From contig OZ242274.1 in the NCBI GenBank assembly GCA_965207375.1, positions 192,001 through 256,000 of the forward strand: a stretch of 64,000 bases of DNA. Direction: 5' to 3'. The notes under the pieces were generated by a model, which was not told the DNA's origin, made no database searches, and saw nothing but the letters and a program-made list of their open reading frames with translations. The position numbers were made by a program, and so were the translations under genes. The DNA is from Nitrosopumilaceae archaeon. GTDB taxonomy: Archaea > Thermoproteota > Nitrososphaeria > Nitrososphaerales > Nitrosopumilaceae. Shown here one piece after another: positions 9,526 through 18,630 of this stretch. Each line of letters starts with the position of its first letter. Position 1 is the stretch's first letter.

Positions 9526-10569
9526 TTAACAGAAATATTGTTTTTCATTTTCATCATAACAAAAATGTGAACGGACAGAACCATCATCAAAATAAGTTGT
9601 GTGTGTTGTAGGTTTACCGTGTTGATCATACATAGTCATAGCCCACGCATACCTATTTGAAGGACCGTCATAATGTGATTTTTTAGGTTCACATGAACCA
9701 CTGTATGGGTAATAACATTCAGTAGTAGCTTGGCCAGGTTGGTCATAGAATGTATTCTGTTTATATACAGTACCGCCCGTTGTCCATTTGGTAACTGATT
9801 CCCATCTTCCACTTTCATAATACACTATTGTTATAGTAGGTGATTGTGTAGGGTCATGACTGCCCCAATAAGTCGATTTAGATTTTGTTTTACCACTATC
9901 ATAATAGGAATAACAGATCATTCCCCAATCACGAGCGCCGCCTGTAAACTTATCACCGTAAGGGACACATTTTTCATCTGGATTTGGCGGGATCCATTTT
10001 GTTGGTATTTGAACCGTCTGGTTTTTTGATTCAATCTCACTCATTTGAGCCTTCATATTGTTAATCTTGTTATTTTTCCTATCAACTTTCTTTTCTAATT
10101 TTTCAATGGTCTCTTTTTGTTCTGCAATAGTGTTTTTCAATTTGGCAATCTTTTCATTCTTGTTATCCACTTTGGTGTTCTTAGCCTCTAGTTTCTCTTT
10201 TAATTTCTCCAGATAAGATACATCTGAAAAACTGCTATGACTTAGTAAGGGCAATCCTAACATCTTTTCAATCTCGGTCTCAATGTACAAGTGCCTATTT
10301 TCATAGGCTACAAAGTCCAAAATTCCCTCTTTATACTCTAAAGCCAGTTCTGTATATGCTGCCTTTTTGGCCTCATCTGTAGTTAAACCATCAAAATGAT
10401 CTGCATATTGTTGATAAATTGAGTTACGATAAACCTCATCAGAGGCAAAACGATCCCGTTCATTTAATGCAGATTGAAGATTTGCATAATAATCCGTAGT
10501 AGCATAAACTGTGCCTGTTGATATTCCAATTGCCAAAACTACAATAATTGTAATGTGTAAAGTCTTCAC
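9526..10569 (-). CDS. secreted coiled-coil protein with MORN2/YwqK-like repeats (paralog 3)
   Basis: MKTLHITIIVVLAIGISTGTVYA signal; coiled coil; YYDSGK, YYESGR, YFDDGS repeats. Confidence 0.8.
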   Translation of the reverse strand: MKTLHITIIVVLAIGISTGTVYATTDYYANLQSALNERDRFASDEVYRNSIYQQYADHFDGLTTDEAKKAAYTELALEYKEGILDFVAYENRHLYIETEIEKMLGLPLLSHSSFSDVSYLEKLKEKLEAKNTKVDNKNEKIAKLKNTIAEQKETIEKLEKKVDRKNNKINNMKAQMSEIESKNQTVQIPTKWIPPNPDEKCVPYGDKFTGGARDWGMICYSYYDSGKTKSKSTYWGSHDPTQSPTITIVYYESGRWESVTKWTTGGTVYKQNTFYDQPGQATTECYYPYSGSCEPKKSHYDGPSNRYAWAMTMYDQHGKPTTHTTYFDDGSVRSHFCYDENEKQYFC

Positions 10570-10927
10570 TAGATTTTGATAAAAAAGAGTATAATTAAAC
10601 GGTTCTATGATCCTTCTGTGGTCCAGGATAGATTATGTACTGCCTGCATCCTGCCTACAGTTTCCCATTTTACTGTCATACAAACATGTCTTGGATTTTT
10701 AATACCATGATAGGTATAGGTTTGTGCCTTGTTTACGGCCATGTATATCCTTAATGAGGATTATTAATAAGACTGCCGTATATCGCACAATTTGTAGGGC
10801 ATTGCAGGCACTTGTCAAGTATTAGACTTGGATTGTCTTGTAAAAATATGCTTGCCCATCAAAAGAATATTTCTCCCATTACATCATGATGTGTCGACTT
10901 TATCATGATATATTAAAACTAAACTGT

Positions 10928-11020
10928 AGGCTAAGTCTATACGCTTGGGTCATTTGGGTCCGTAAACCAAAATTCATGGTTAGCAGGGTTATCGTCATCT
11001 GTTTCGACATGCAGTGCAGT
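10928..11020 (-). pseudogene. orphan 3' end of a second terminase large-subunit gene
   Basis: Reads TALHVETDDDNPANHEFWFTDPNDPSV* versus TerL VAIKVQTDEDNPANHEFWFTDPNDPSV*; 10928-10972 is identical to 11848-11892 (45 bp). Confidence 0.85.
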
Positions 11021-11043
11021 ATGTACGTGCAGTCAGATCTTGG

Positions 11044-11109
11044 TTACTTGTTCATCTCGTACTTAATTTTTCAATCATTACACCTGGGCACAAATTAACT
11101 CTATTACGT
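11044..11109. mobile_element. degenerate, truncated copy of the 82-bp MITE (inverted relative to 17412-17493)
   Basis: TACTTGTTCATCTCGTACTTAATTTTTCAATCATTAC...CACAAATTAACTCTATTACGT aligns with the reverse complement of 17412-17493; followed by a 15-bp tandem duplication (11105-11134). Confidence 0.7.
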
Positions 11110-11160
11110 TAAAGCTAAATACGTTAAAGCTAAATTAGGTCATGACAACCTGCAAACAAG

Positions 11161-11511
11161 TTGGCACTTGAATTACCTAAATCACCTGATGTTCCTGAAT
11201 TACACCGTGAACCAATTAAACAACAAGCATGGTACTTACAGATTAAAGATGAAATTCCTAACAGTAAAAGACCAATAGATAAAATGTCTATTGCTGAAAT
11301 TTTAGAAATGTATCAAAACAATGACTTTGTTTGTGACGATTGCGGTTCCAAAATGGGAAAAATGAACTGCACATTAAAGGAGCATATTGCACATGTGATT
11401 AATCCTATAGTTCATTGGAGTTGTGAGGACTGTATTATACAAGCCATACGAAATGGTAGAGTAATAGCATCCACTGCAACCACAGACAAATGGAAATTAT
11501 CCAATCGTTGA
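11161..11511 (+). CDS. Zn-binding hypothetical protein
   Basis: CDDC...CEDC motifs; TTG start. Confidence 0.6.
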   Translation: MALELPKSPDVPELHREPIKQQAWYLQIKDEIPNSKRPIDKMSIAEILEMYQNNDFVCDDCGSKMGKMNCTLKEHIAHVINPIVHWSCEDCIIQAIRNGRVIASTATTDKWKLSNR

Positions 11512-11555
11512 AATTTTGATCTACGTATATAACGTGTAGATGCAGTGTATGTTAC

Positions 11556-11810
11556 ATGATTGAATATGAAATAACATGTGTCAGAAAAGATGATGAAAAA
11601 ATAACTCATGTGAAATTTGACGACAAAGTTCGTGAGGTTAGAGAAGCAGTTGAAGGGCTGCAGGCTAAAAAATATTCCCTCTACACATACAAAGATAAAC
11701 AAAAAGTATCTGTTGAGCCACAACGGTCAAAAGTAAATGGTACTTGGTTTTTGACCACAGAACCAGACAATACTAAAGAAAACAACTTGGGCTTTTTACC
11801 TAATTGTTAA
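11556..11810 (+). CDS. DUF3892-family protein
   Basis: ITCVRK...ITHV...FLTTEPDNTKENNLGFLP pattern typical of DUF3892. Confidence 0.75.
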   Translation: MIEYEITCVRKDDEKITHVKFDDKVREVREAVEGLQAKKYSLYTYKDKQKVSVEPQRSKVNGTWFLTTEPDNTKENNLGFLPNC

Positions 11811-11856
11811 TTTTTTTTCTTTTACATTTGCCAGTCATAAATCAAACAGGCTAAGT

Positions 11857-13413
11857 CTATACGCTTGGGTCATTTGGGTCCGTAAACCAAAACTCGTGAT
11901 TTGCAGGATTATCTTCGTCTGTTTGAACCTTTATCGCTACGGCAAGGAAAACTAGAGACATTAGGAAATCATCATTTCTGTTTGGCATTAAGGAAAAGCG
12001 TAATACTGTATTGCCTCCGGACTTTGTTACTATATGGGATTCCTCTGCCGTTAGATGTTCTATACTCCATTCTGTATCTGCGTTCAATGGTATAGTTATT
12101 TTAGAATTTTGCCAATCCTCAAACCAGGATATTACCTTTTGAACAAAATTGGATTTATCAACTGAAACTTGGTCTTGTTCCTCAATCTTGCTATAGTTTA
12201 TGATATTGGCAGGGTTTTCGCCTAAAGACACTTTGATTACCTTGTTGGCAGATTCTAGGATTTGTAATGCTCCTGTATTTCCTCCTATATCCGCATAGGT
12301 ATAATCAGGTTTGTAATAGTCTATTATCGTTTTTACCTTATCGCCTAGTTCCTGCACGTTTGAATCATTGTACCTGTGGATTGAAACAATTTTGATTTTA
12401 TAATCTTGTTGTTTGATTTGTTCTTCTGTACCTATTACCTGCGCTAATGTAACTACCGTAAAAGCGTCGCCTCCGCTTGCCCAATCAATGCAGGCGTATA
12501 GTTTGGATTCTTCTGATTTTTCTATTTCGGCAGGCTGTAATAATCTTATATCGTCTTTGTAAGATTCTTTTACTAAACTATAAGGCAATGGGATTTTAGC
12601 ACCTACCGAAAATCTTCCCAATACTTCAAAATCAAATTTAGATTGCAGGTAGGTCTTGCGTTTATGCTCTATTTCTTCTTTGGTAATATTGGGCATCATT
12701 AGTTGGTTTATTGCATATCCGTGGTTTATGCCCGTTGGATTTTGGTTTACCCACTGTTTCCCATTCCATTCGGCTTGAGTGGTACTTTGATAATATCTGT
12801 GCCAAGCCGATCCTTCGTATGCTCCGGTTCCTGTGACGATTAGTTTGCCATGTTTAGATTGTGCCATTGCTTCTATAAGGTTGGGCAAACCGTCTAAATC
12901 CGTGTCTTGGCATTCGTCTAAATAGCAAAAGTCCGCGTCTATTGAACGGGCTTGCTTGAACTCCGAATATCCGGATAAAATGTATAATGTTGAGCCATTG
13001 GGAAAGTAATACCTTGAGATAATCTTATCCTTTGTATCTGTCGGTAAGGGGGTTTTATCCAATATATGATTGAGTTTATCCTGTGAAAATATCCTAACCT
13101 TATCAATACTAGAAGTTACGTAAATATGATTAGTATATGGATAAAGTAGGGCATTATGGACTATTTTGGCGATAATATAGGTAGTCATCCCGACCTGCCG
13201 CCCTTTTCGGATTACTATAATTTTTGATTCGTCTTGGCATATATCGTGTAACCATTCCCTACCTTCAAACGAATATTGGCCGTTGCGTAGGGTGATAAAC
13301 TCCTTTAGGAATTTTGTAAAAACCCGTGATATTTCTATTTGATTACCGCTTGCAGGGATTGATTTCTCAATCTCTGATAACAACGGGGTTTGTCGCGTCT
13401 TGATTTTTGCCAT
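11857..13413 (-). CDS. terL: terminase large subunit (ATPase + RNase H-like nuclease)
   Basis: Walker A-like IRKGRQVGMTT, Walker B FCYLDECQD, motif III TGTG, nuclease ACIDWASGGD and C-terminal NDDFLMSL. Confidence 0.85.
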   Translation of the reverse strand: MAKIKTRQTPLLSEIEKSIPASGNQIEISRVFTKFLKEFITLRNGQYSFEGREWLHDICQDESKIIVIRKGRQVGMTTYIIAKIVHNALLYPYTNHIYVTSSIDKVRIFSQDKLNHILDKTPLPTDTKDKIISRYYFPNGSTLYILSGYSEFKQARSIDADFCYLDECQDTDLDGLPNLIEAMAQSKHGKLIVTGTGAYEGSAWHRYYQSTTQAEWNGKQWVNQNPTGINHGYAINQLMMPNITKEEIEHKRKTYLQSKFDFEVLGRFSVGAKIPLPYSLVKESYKDDIRLLQPAEIEKSEESKLYACIDWASGGDAFTVVTLAQVIGTEEQIKQQDYKIKIVSIHRYNDSNVQELGDKVKTIIDYYKPDYTYADIGGNTGALQILESANKVIKVSLGENPANIINYSKIEEQDQVSVDKSNFVQKVISWFEDWQNSKITIPLNADTEWSIEHLTAEESHIVTKSGGNTVLRFSLMPNRNDDFLMSLVFLAVAIKVQTDEDNPANHEFWFTDPNDPSV

Positions 13414-13807
13414 TGATCGTATCCCTGAATACCATTAGTAACGGTAATGATTCCATTAAGAATCTTAGTGAATCTTCTGTATTGTTGATTGTGTCTGCTA
13501 TTGCCGCTTTGGTTCTAGGTTGTGGACATTCCCTTAATGTTTCTTCTAGGTGCTGAATCCGTTGTTTCTTCTGCAAAGCCATTGTCCTAATCGTTTCTAA
13601 ATAGCCTGCCTTGGCTTGGTCATTAATCCATTCGTCGTTAGTTTCTCTTAGCCTTTTCAAATATCGATATATGGCATTCCTTGATATTTTCGTACCCTTT
13701 GATCTTAGTATTTTTTGAATCTCTGTAGGGGATAACGTTCCCTGAGTATAAACTACATCCCGCACGGCATTAAATTTTTCAACTGTTGTCTTTCTCATGC
13801 TTGACAT
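13367..13807 (-). CDS. putative terminase small subunit (HTH + coiled coil)
   Basis: HTH SPTEIQKIL...ISRNAIYRYLK followed by a coiled coil; immediately upstream of and overlapping terL. Confidence 0.65.
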   Translation of the reverse strand: MSSMRKTTVEKFNAVRDVVYTQGTLSPTEIQKILRSKGTKISRNAIYRYLKRLRETNDEWINDQAKAGYLETIRTMALQKKQRIQHLEETLRECPQPRTKAAIADTINNTEDSLRFLMESLPLLMVFRDTINGKNQDATNPVVIRD

Positions 13808-14059
13808 GATACAATTAATATTGACACGATATATAACAACTAACTTTTGTGTTCCAAAAAGGCATTAATGGTGTTCCAAAAACGATTAAAAATTGTTGAA
13901 AAGTGATAAAAAAAGGTTCAAGGTAGATTGGTAGGCGTATATCCGCGTCCAGACCACAGAATGCCTGTTTGTTGTAGTGTGATGAGGGCTGCAATGTCAG
14001 GGTCAGACGAGATATTGCCAAATTCGTTGAAAAAAGACGGAGCATCATTGGAAATACAT

Positions 14060-15141
14060 AGAGGTGATCCGTAATTATTTTTTATGCGTGCCTACTGCCA
14101 TCCAGATGCCCTGTTTCAGTCAGGCCATCTGATCTAACCGCCACAATATGCTGCGGTTTACCAAACCGCACACAATATCATTGATCCGGTCGTATTTTAT
14201 GAGTGGATTCCTGTATACGTTTCCCATAATACGCCATGTTTTGACCCTGCGTATTGCATGTTCTACATATACACGAATCTTTGAGTGGATTTTGTTGTAT
14301 TCTTTTTGCCCTTCTGTGAGCTTTGCACCCTTTTTCTTTTTGATTGGGGTGCACAGTGTCCCTCCGGGAACCTCAGGTGCCCCTTGGTATCCTCTGTCTG
14401 CATATATGGTGACCTGTGCTTCATCAGGTATTTTCTCTGGAAATGTTGGAGGTTTTTTCTTGTATACTGTAACGTCATGTACTTTTCCGGGTGAATGACG
14501 TGTCTTGTGCACGATTAGTCCATGCGTGTTAGTCGTATATTGTATCTTAGAGGTGTGCGCTCCTGCCTTGCCAGAATAGTGAGATTTTTCCATGTCTTTG
14601 CGTTCGGGCCTTTGTATTTCCTGTTCTGAGGCATCAACAAGACATCTGAGACCTGGAAGAATCTCTTCTAATTCCTCAATGGAGGAAATTCTCTTCATCT
14701 GGTCGTGTATCTTGGTAGGTATTGGAATGCATAGTTTGAGGATGGGCTCTATATGTGTAATAGAGCGCGATACTGATGCTTGTCCTATTTCAAACATGAC
14801 TGCTGCTACATCTTGTGTGCAGTATGTACGATAGTAAAACAAAAGTAGCATCACCTGGTCTCGTACATTTAATGCGAATCTGCGGCCTGCACCTATTGCG
14901 CGCACTCTGTTTTCTCTAGAGAGTCTCTTTTTTTCTGCTCTTGGATACTTTTTTTCCACCTTAGATACTAACAAATCAAATTCTTTGGCAGACATGCCTG
15001 TTATGGCACGAAATCTTCTGGTATTTTTTACCAGTTTTTCATAGGACATCATGAGTTGTGGTAGATTCGGGTGATATTTGGATCTTTTTGGTATTGCTAG
15101 GCGTGAAATTTAGGGAAATTTGCTAATTACGAATCACATCT
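14060..15141 (-). mobile_element. IS5-family (DDE_Tnp_4-type) insertion sequence, 1082 bp
   Basis: TIRs AGAGGTGATCCGTAATTA / reverse complement AGATGTGATTCGTAATTA (16/18); 3-bp TSD CAT (14057-14059, 15142-15144). Confidence 0.85.
14120..15052 (-). CDS. IS5-family transposase
   Basis: FRAITGMS.KEF, LVDASEQ, YSGK, ADRGYQG, R.YVEHAIRRVK motifs. Confidence 0.9.
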   Translation of the reverse strand: MMSYEKLVKNTRRFRAITGMSAKEFDLLVSKVEKKYPRAEKKRLSRENRVRAIGAGRRFALNVRDQVMLLLFYYRTYCTQDVAAVMFEIGQASVSRSITHIEPILKLCIPIPTKIHDQMKRISSIEELEEILPGLRCLVDASEQEIQRPERKDMEKSHYSGKAGAHTSKIQYTTNTHGLIVHKTRHSPGKVHDVTVYKKKPPTFPEKIPDEAQVTIYADRGYQGAPEVPGGTLCTPIKKKKGAKLTEGQKEYNKIHSKIRVYVEHAIRRVKTWRIMGNVYRNPLIKYDRINDIVCGLVNRSILWRLDQMA

Positions 15142-15224
15142 CATTATTATCTCTAGTCATAATCGGAAAGCCTAGGTCCAAGGTAGGGAAAAGTCTGGTA
15201 AAAAGGTTCAAAGGCGGCAAAACA

Positions 15225-16127
15225 TTATAGTTTTGCATCGTCTGAGAACAGTGATTCTGCAAACTCTTGTTTAACTGTCTTTTTTGTGGTTTTAATCTTC
15301 TCGAACCTGTCCACTGTAGTTCCGTTAGGCATAGGCTTGGTATAATATCTCAGCATCGTATCATTAAACTCTTCAATCTCCAACTCTACGTCTTTCTTTG
15401 AGAATTTTGTTCGTATCTTGTCGATATGCAGGTGATAGTGATACAATATCCATCTTTTAACGTCAGGCAGTAGATAATGTCCAGACGTAACGGAAAGATG
15501 ATCTGAAATTTTACCCAAAATGACGCATAAACCAAGTATTCCATAATAATCATGAATTATGGGATGACGGCTGTTTGTAATGTGGATTTGGATAGTTTTT
15601 GGATATATGACTGCCTTTACAGGTACATCAAGGTCACTTACCGGTATTTGTATCTGGATGGAACTGTTTTCAGGATGTGGTTCTCTCCCTCTTTCAACTA
15701 GCATCCGGTGCAGATTAGGATCATGGAAGCGTACTGCAATGTCATGAATCTTCAAGGCGTAGCCATGCAAGCCTTCTAGGTATTGATGTAACGGATTAGA
15801 CCCTACCCCCGTGGGCTCATGTGTTACGGGTTTTTGATAATATGGCATGTCAATTCCCTTGAGTTTGTACCAAGTAGGCTTACCTTTTTGCTCGATTTCA
15901 ATATAGTTTATGCATTTATGTACCCTTTGCCTGAATAGAGGGGCAGAATAGCCAAGTTCTTTAAAAACAATGGAGGTAAATGCACACTTTTCTCGCTTGA
16001 CAAAATCATAACAGTGACGCAAAAATTCCCTGTTTTTCTTTGTAAGTTTACCATGTGGGCAACTGTTAAGCCAATCTGTGAATCCAAGTGTTACAAAATC
16101 ATCTGGTTCAGGTCGCTTGGCACTCAA
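15225..16127 (-). CDS. putative replication initiator (N-terminal wHTH, Rep_trans-like C-terminus)
   Basis: YHYHLHID and LRYYTK...RFE resemble the Rep_trans RxDxAxD and IRIYNK...RxE motifs; located in a virus-like operon. Inferred from motifs only. Confidence 0.45.
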   Translation of the reverse strand: MSAKRPEPDDFVTLGFTDWLNSCPHGKLTKKNREFLRHCYDFVKREKCAFTSIVFKELGYSAPLFRQRVHKCINYIEIEQKGKPTWYKLKGIDMPYYQKPVTHEPTGVGSNPLHQYLEGLHGYALKIHDIAVRFHDPNLHRMLVERGREPHPENSSIQIQIPVSDLDVPVKAVIYPKTIQIHITNSRHPIIHDYYGILGLCVILGKISDHLSVTSGHYLLPDVKRWILYHYHLHIDKIRTKFSKKDVELEIEEFNDTMLRYYTKPMPNGTTVDRFEKIKTTKKTVKQEFAESLFSDDAKL

Positions 16128-16202
16128 TTTAGAAAACCTCGCTTTTGAAAAATTTGAAGATGTTTAGAATACTATAGGAATGGTTGTTTTGTGTAGCGCA
16201 GA

Positions 16203-16352
16203 TCATGATAACTTAACCTCTGTAATTACGTGGCGTAATGGGTTATCTGCATAACATTTCTTACATAGTTCGAGTTCGTAATTGCCTCCAGACCCACCGT
16301 CTAGAATAACCTTGACAAATTTTTTTGTTTTGCACTTACAATGGTAATTCAA
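16203..16352 (-). CDS. small Zn-finger protein (49 aa)
   Basis: TTG start overlaps the upstream stop; NYHCKCKTKK...LELCKKCY. Confidence 0.55.
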   Translation of the reverse strand: MNYHCKCKTKKFVKVILDGGSGGNYELELCKKCYADNPLRHVITEVKLS

Positions 16353-16480
16353 TGTTTTTGTGCCTCCCAACATTCAAGTAATCGAAGTAGAATCTGTTCA
16401 AAACTATCGCCTTTTGCACCTAACAGAGCGATCTTGTCTTTGGTTTCTTTTGATAAAGACATTGTAGTAATTTTTGCCAT
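16349..16480 (-). CDS. ribbon-helix-helix DNA-binding protein (43 aa)
   Basis: MAKITTMSLSKETKDKIALLGAKGDSFEQILLRLLE matches the archaeal plasmid/virus RHH pattern TTIx(I/L)SxETKxxL...GES(Y/F)xx(I/V)IxRL. Confidence 0.7.
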   Translation of the reverse strand: MAKITTMSLSKETKDKIALLGAKGDSFEQILLRLLECWEAQKH

Positions 16481-16508
16481 ATGGATAATTACACGAATTA
16501 ATCATATA

Positions 16509-16533
16509 TAGTGTAGTGAACTACACTAGTGTA
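16509..16533. promoter_or_regulatory. overlapping palindromes between divergent genes (candidate operator)
   Basis: TAGTGTAGT-GA-ACTACACTA (16509-16528) and TACACTAGTGTA (16522-16533), directly after a TATATA box. Confidence 0.55.
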
Positions 16534-17327
16534 TGATCAATAGACGAAAAATAATAAGAGATAATTATGGTAAAGAAAAAAACCCCAAGGAATTGATAAC
16601 AAGTTTTCTTGGACGTAATGAAAAGATGACATTTGGAGAAATAAAAAAAGAATTAAAGAACATGGACATCAGTTATGCAGACAATAAAGGATTGGATCTA
16701 GTTCTAAAGGCATTGATTGAAGACCATGTAATCAAAAAGCGTCCAGCAAAACCGTATCCACTATACTATCTGACCAACAAAGCAATCACAAACATTGACT
16801 GGATTGCAGATGAGTTTAAGCGAGAAATAGCAGGTAGGATTCTAAATCACCCTCATCAGCCAATGCTTATAACAGAAACAGAAGAGAGTCATAAAATACG
16901 AGACTTGATTCTGATTTATGGAGTGTACATGATGTATGTTCAGATTCAAAGCTGGAATATCGTAAATCCAAAGAAGAGTTCAAAATACAATCATGATGCT
17001 AGACGCTCATGGTTCATACATACAATTCTACATAACAACGAATCGCTCTTATTTGAAAAGATGATTACTAGGCTTTGTAATTGGGGTTTGGATCTTAGCG
17101 ATGAGGAATATGATGAGAAGAGGGCAATGATATATGAAAGTAAGAAGAAATTAAAAAAATTCAAAGAGATAGAAAAGACTTTCAAATTACAATACAAGCC
17201 ATATTATGATTTTTTTGATAAAGTGTACCAAAAGGCTCCAAAAGGTGCTAGAGGAGCACGAGACTGGATAAAAGAAATGCAAAGAAAAGAACGCACAAAG
17301 AAAAGACGTGAAGGTAAAAGGAAATAA
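16533..17327 (+). CDS. winged-helix protein (putative regulator)
   Basis: N-terminal wHTH (MTFGEIKKEL...LDLVLKALIEDHVIKK...PLYYLT); divergent from the RHH-rep operon. Confidence 0.6.
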   Translation: MINRRKIIRDNYGKEKNPKELITSFLGRNEKMTFGEIKKELKNMDISYADNKGLDLVLKALIEDHVIKKRPAKPYPLYYLTNKAITNIDWIADEFKREIAGRILNHPHQPMLITETEESHKIRDLILIYGVYMMYVQIQSWNIVNPKKSSKYNHDARRSWFIHTILHNNESLLFEKMITRLCNWGLDLSDEEYDEKRAMIYESKKKLKKFKEIEKTFKLQYKPYYDFFDKVYQKAPKGARGARDWIKEMQRKERTKKRREGKRK

Positions 17328-17411
17328 TATTGTAGATATGTATTAGATACTATACGTTATTGAATAATCTCAAATCTTATGATTCTAGACTAGACCAGAA
17401 ATAGGTATTTG

Positions 17412-17493
17412 GTACTTGTTCACGTAATCGAGTTAATTTGTGGCCAGATTGTGATGTAATGATTGACAAATTAGGTACGAGGTGAACAAGTAC
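17412..17493. mobile_element. 82-bp MITE with the termini of the IS66 at 62038-63532
   Basis: Ends GTACTTGTTCACGT and AGGTGAACAAGTAC match the two 14-bp ends of that IS exactly; no TSD. Confidence 0.8.
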
Positions 17494-17808
17494 ACTATTC
17501 TTTTTACATTTGTATTGACACAAGACCTAGACTCTACTAGGCGTGAATCTGAGCCATATCTGACTAAAATCCTCCCTTTTACCCCAAGACACACTTCATT
17601 TTTGACAGGAATCCCACTAGACCCGCTTGATCTTTCCAAAAAGTCCGAAAAACTCGCTACAAAAAAGACACCTGGAGAGATTAATTCAGAATCAACCCGC
17701 ACTCTGAAGAAAAACCAAAAAGACGCTGCCAAAAAGCCAGTACAAAATGGCACCGTCAATGTGGCTAAAAATCCAAAAGATACAAAAGCAAATTATGCTG
17801 TAATTGAA

Positions 17809-17880
17809 GAAATTTTAGGCACGGGCAATCCAGAGAAAATTTGCATATTGACTTTGTCCAACAGATAAAGCAGAAGAATC
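17809..17880. repeat. 72-bp inverted repeat, left arm
   Basis: Reverse complement matches 23840-23911 at 68/72. Confidence 0.85.
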
Positions 17881-17994
17881 CGCAAAACAATTTATTTTTA
17901 TAATACTCTGTTGCATTATAACCATCGTCTATACTTGAATCCTTAGTGTGAGCAGTTTGCCGACTTCTAAGGCTCATGTGAGTATAGGCGTTTT

Positions 17995-18578
17995 TCATTT
18001 AAAATCATGTAATAGTGAAGATTTTACATCACTACTAATATCTAGTGTTGTTACTCCCTTGGGTTCTAGCCCACGATTATTGCACCATGCAACAACATCT
18101 GACAAATCATATGCTGAACCCTTGTAAACATATCTGAGGTTAGTATCTTTTGCAAACCTTATGCAATCACTATCACATTGAAAAAGTACATCTTCTAATC
18201 TTTGACTATGATCTAGGGTAAACCGTTGAAGTCTTTCTGCAATGTGTTGGAATACAGTTCGGTAATATGCACGAAAAATTTTTTCGGTAGGTATATTTTT
18301 TTCTTAATGCGTCTTAATGTTAGAATTTGATTTGTAATTATGTTCCTGTCAATTCGGATACAGAATGCAATATTGTTCTTGCCGTCAAATCTTAATCTAG
18401 ATACGATTGTATTTTGTTTATCACTATGTATATTTCGCATGTGTATGTGATCATATCCAAGGGTATCAAAAATTGCAGATATACTTTCTTCGGTTCCAAT
18501 CACAATTGCAATAAATTTGTCAAGAGAACCAGCATTTCCTGAAAAGTCCATCCCTCCAACAAGCATTATTGACCTCAC
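17995..18578 (-). pseudogene. frameshifted paralog of 20127..20702 (DUF3800-like)
   Basis: MDFSG...FCIRIDR in one frame and FQCDSDC...LSDVVAWCNN in another; the shift is at an A7 run (18296-18302). Confidence 0.75.
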
Positions 18579-18630
18579 CTAATATCAAACGATTCTAGAT
18601 TTGAAAACGTAAACAAAATCTCGATAACTG

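Noticed and set aside
5631-10569. Diversity-generating retroelement acting on the variable C-termini
   Set aside because: No reverse transcriptase in the window and no TR/VR pair differing only at adenines.
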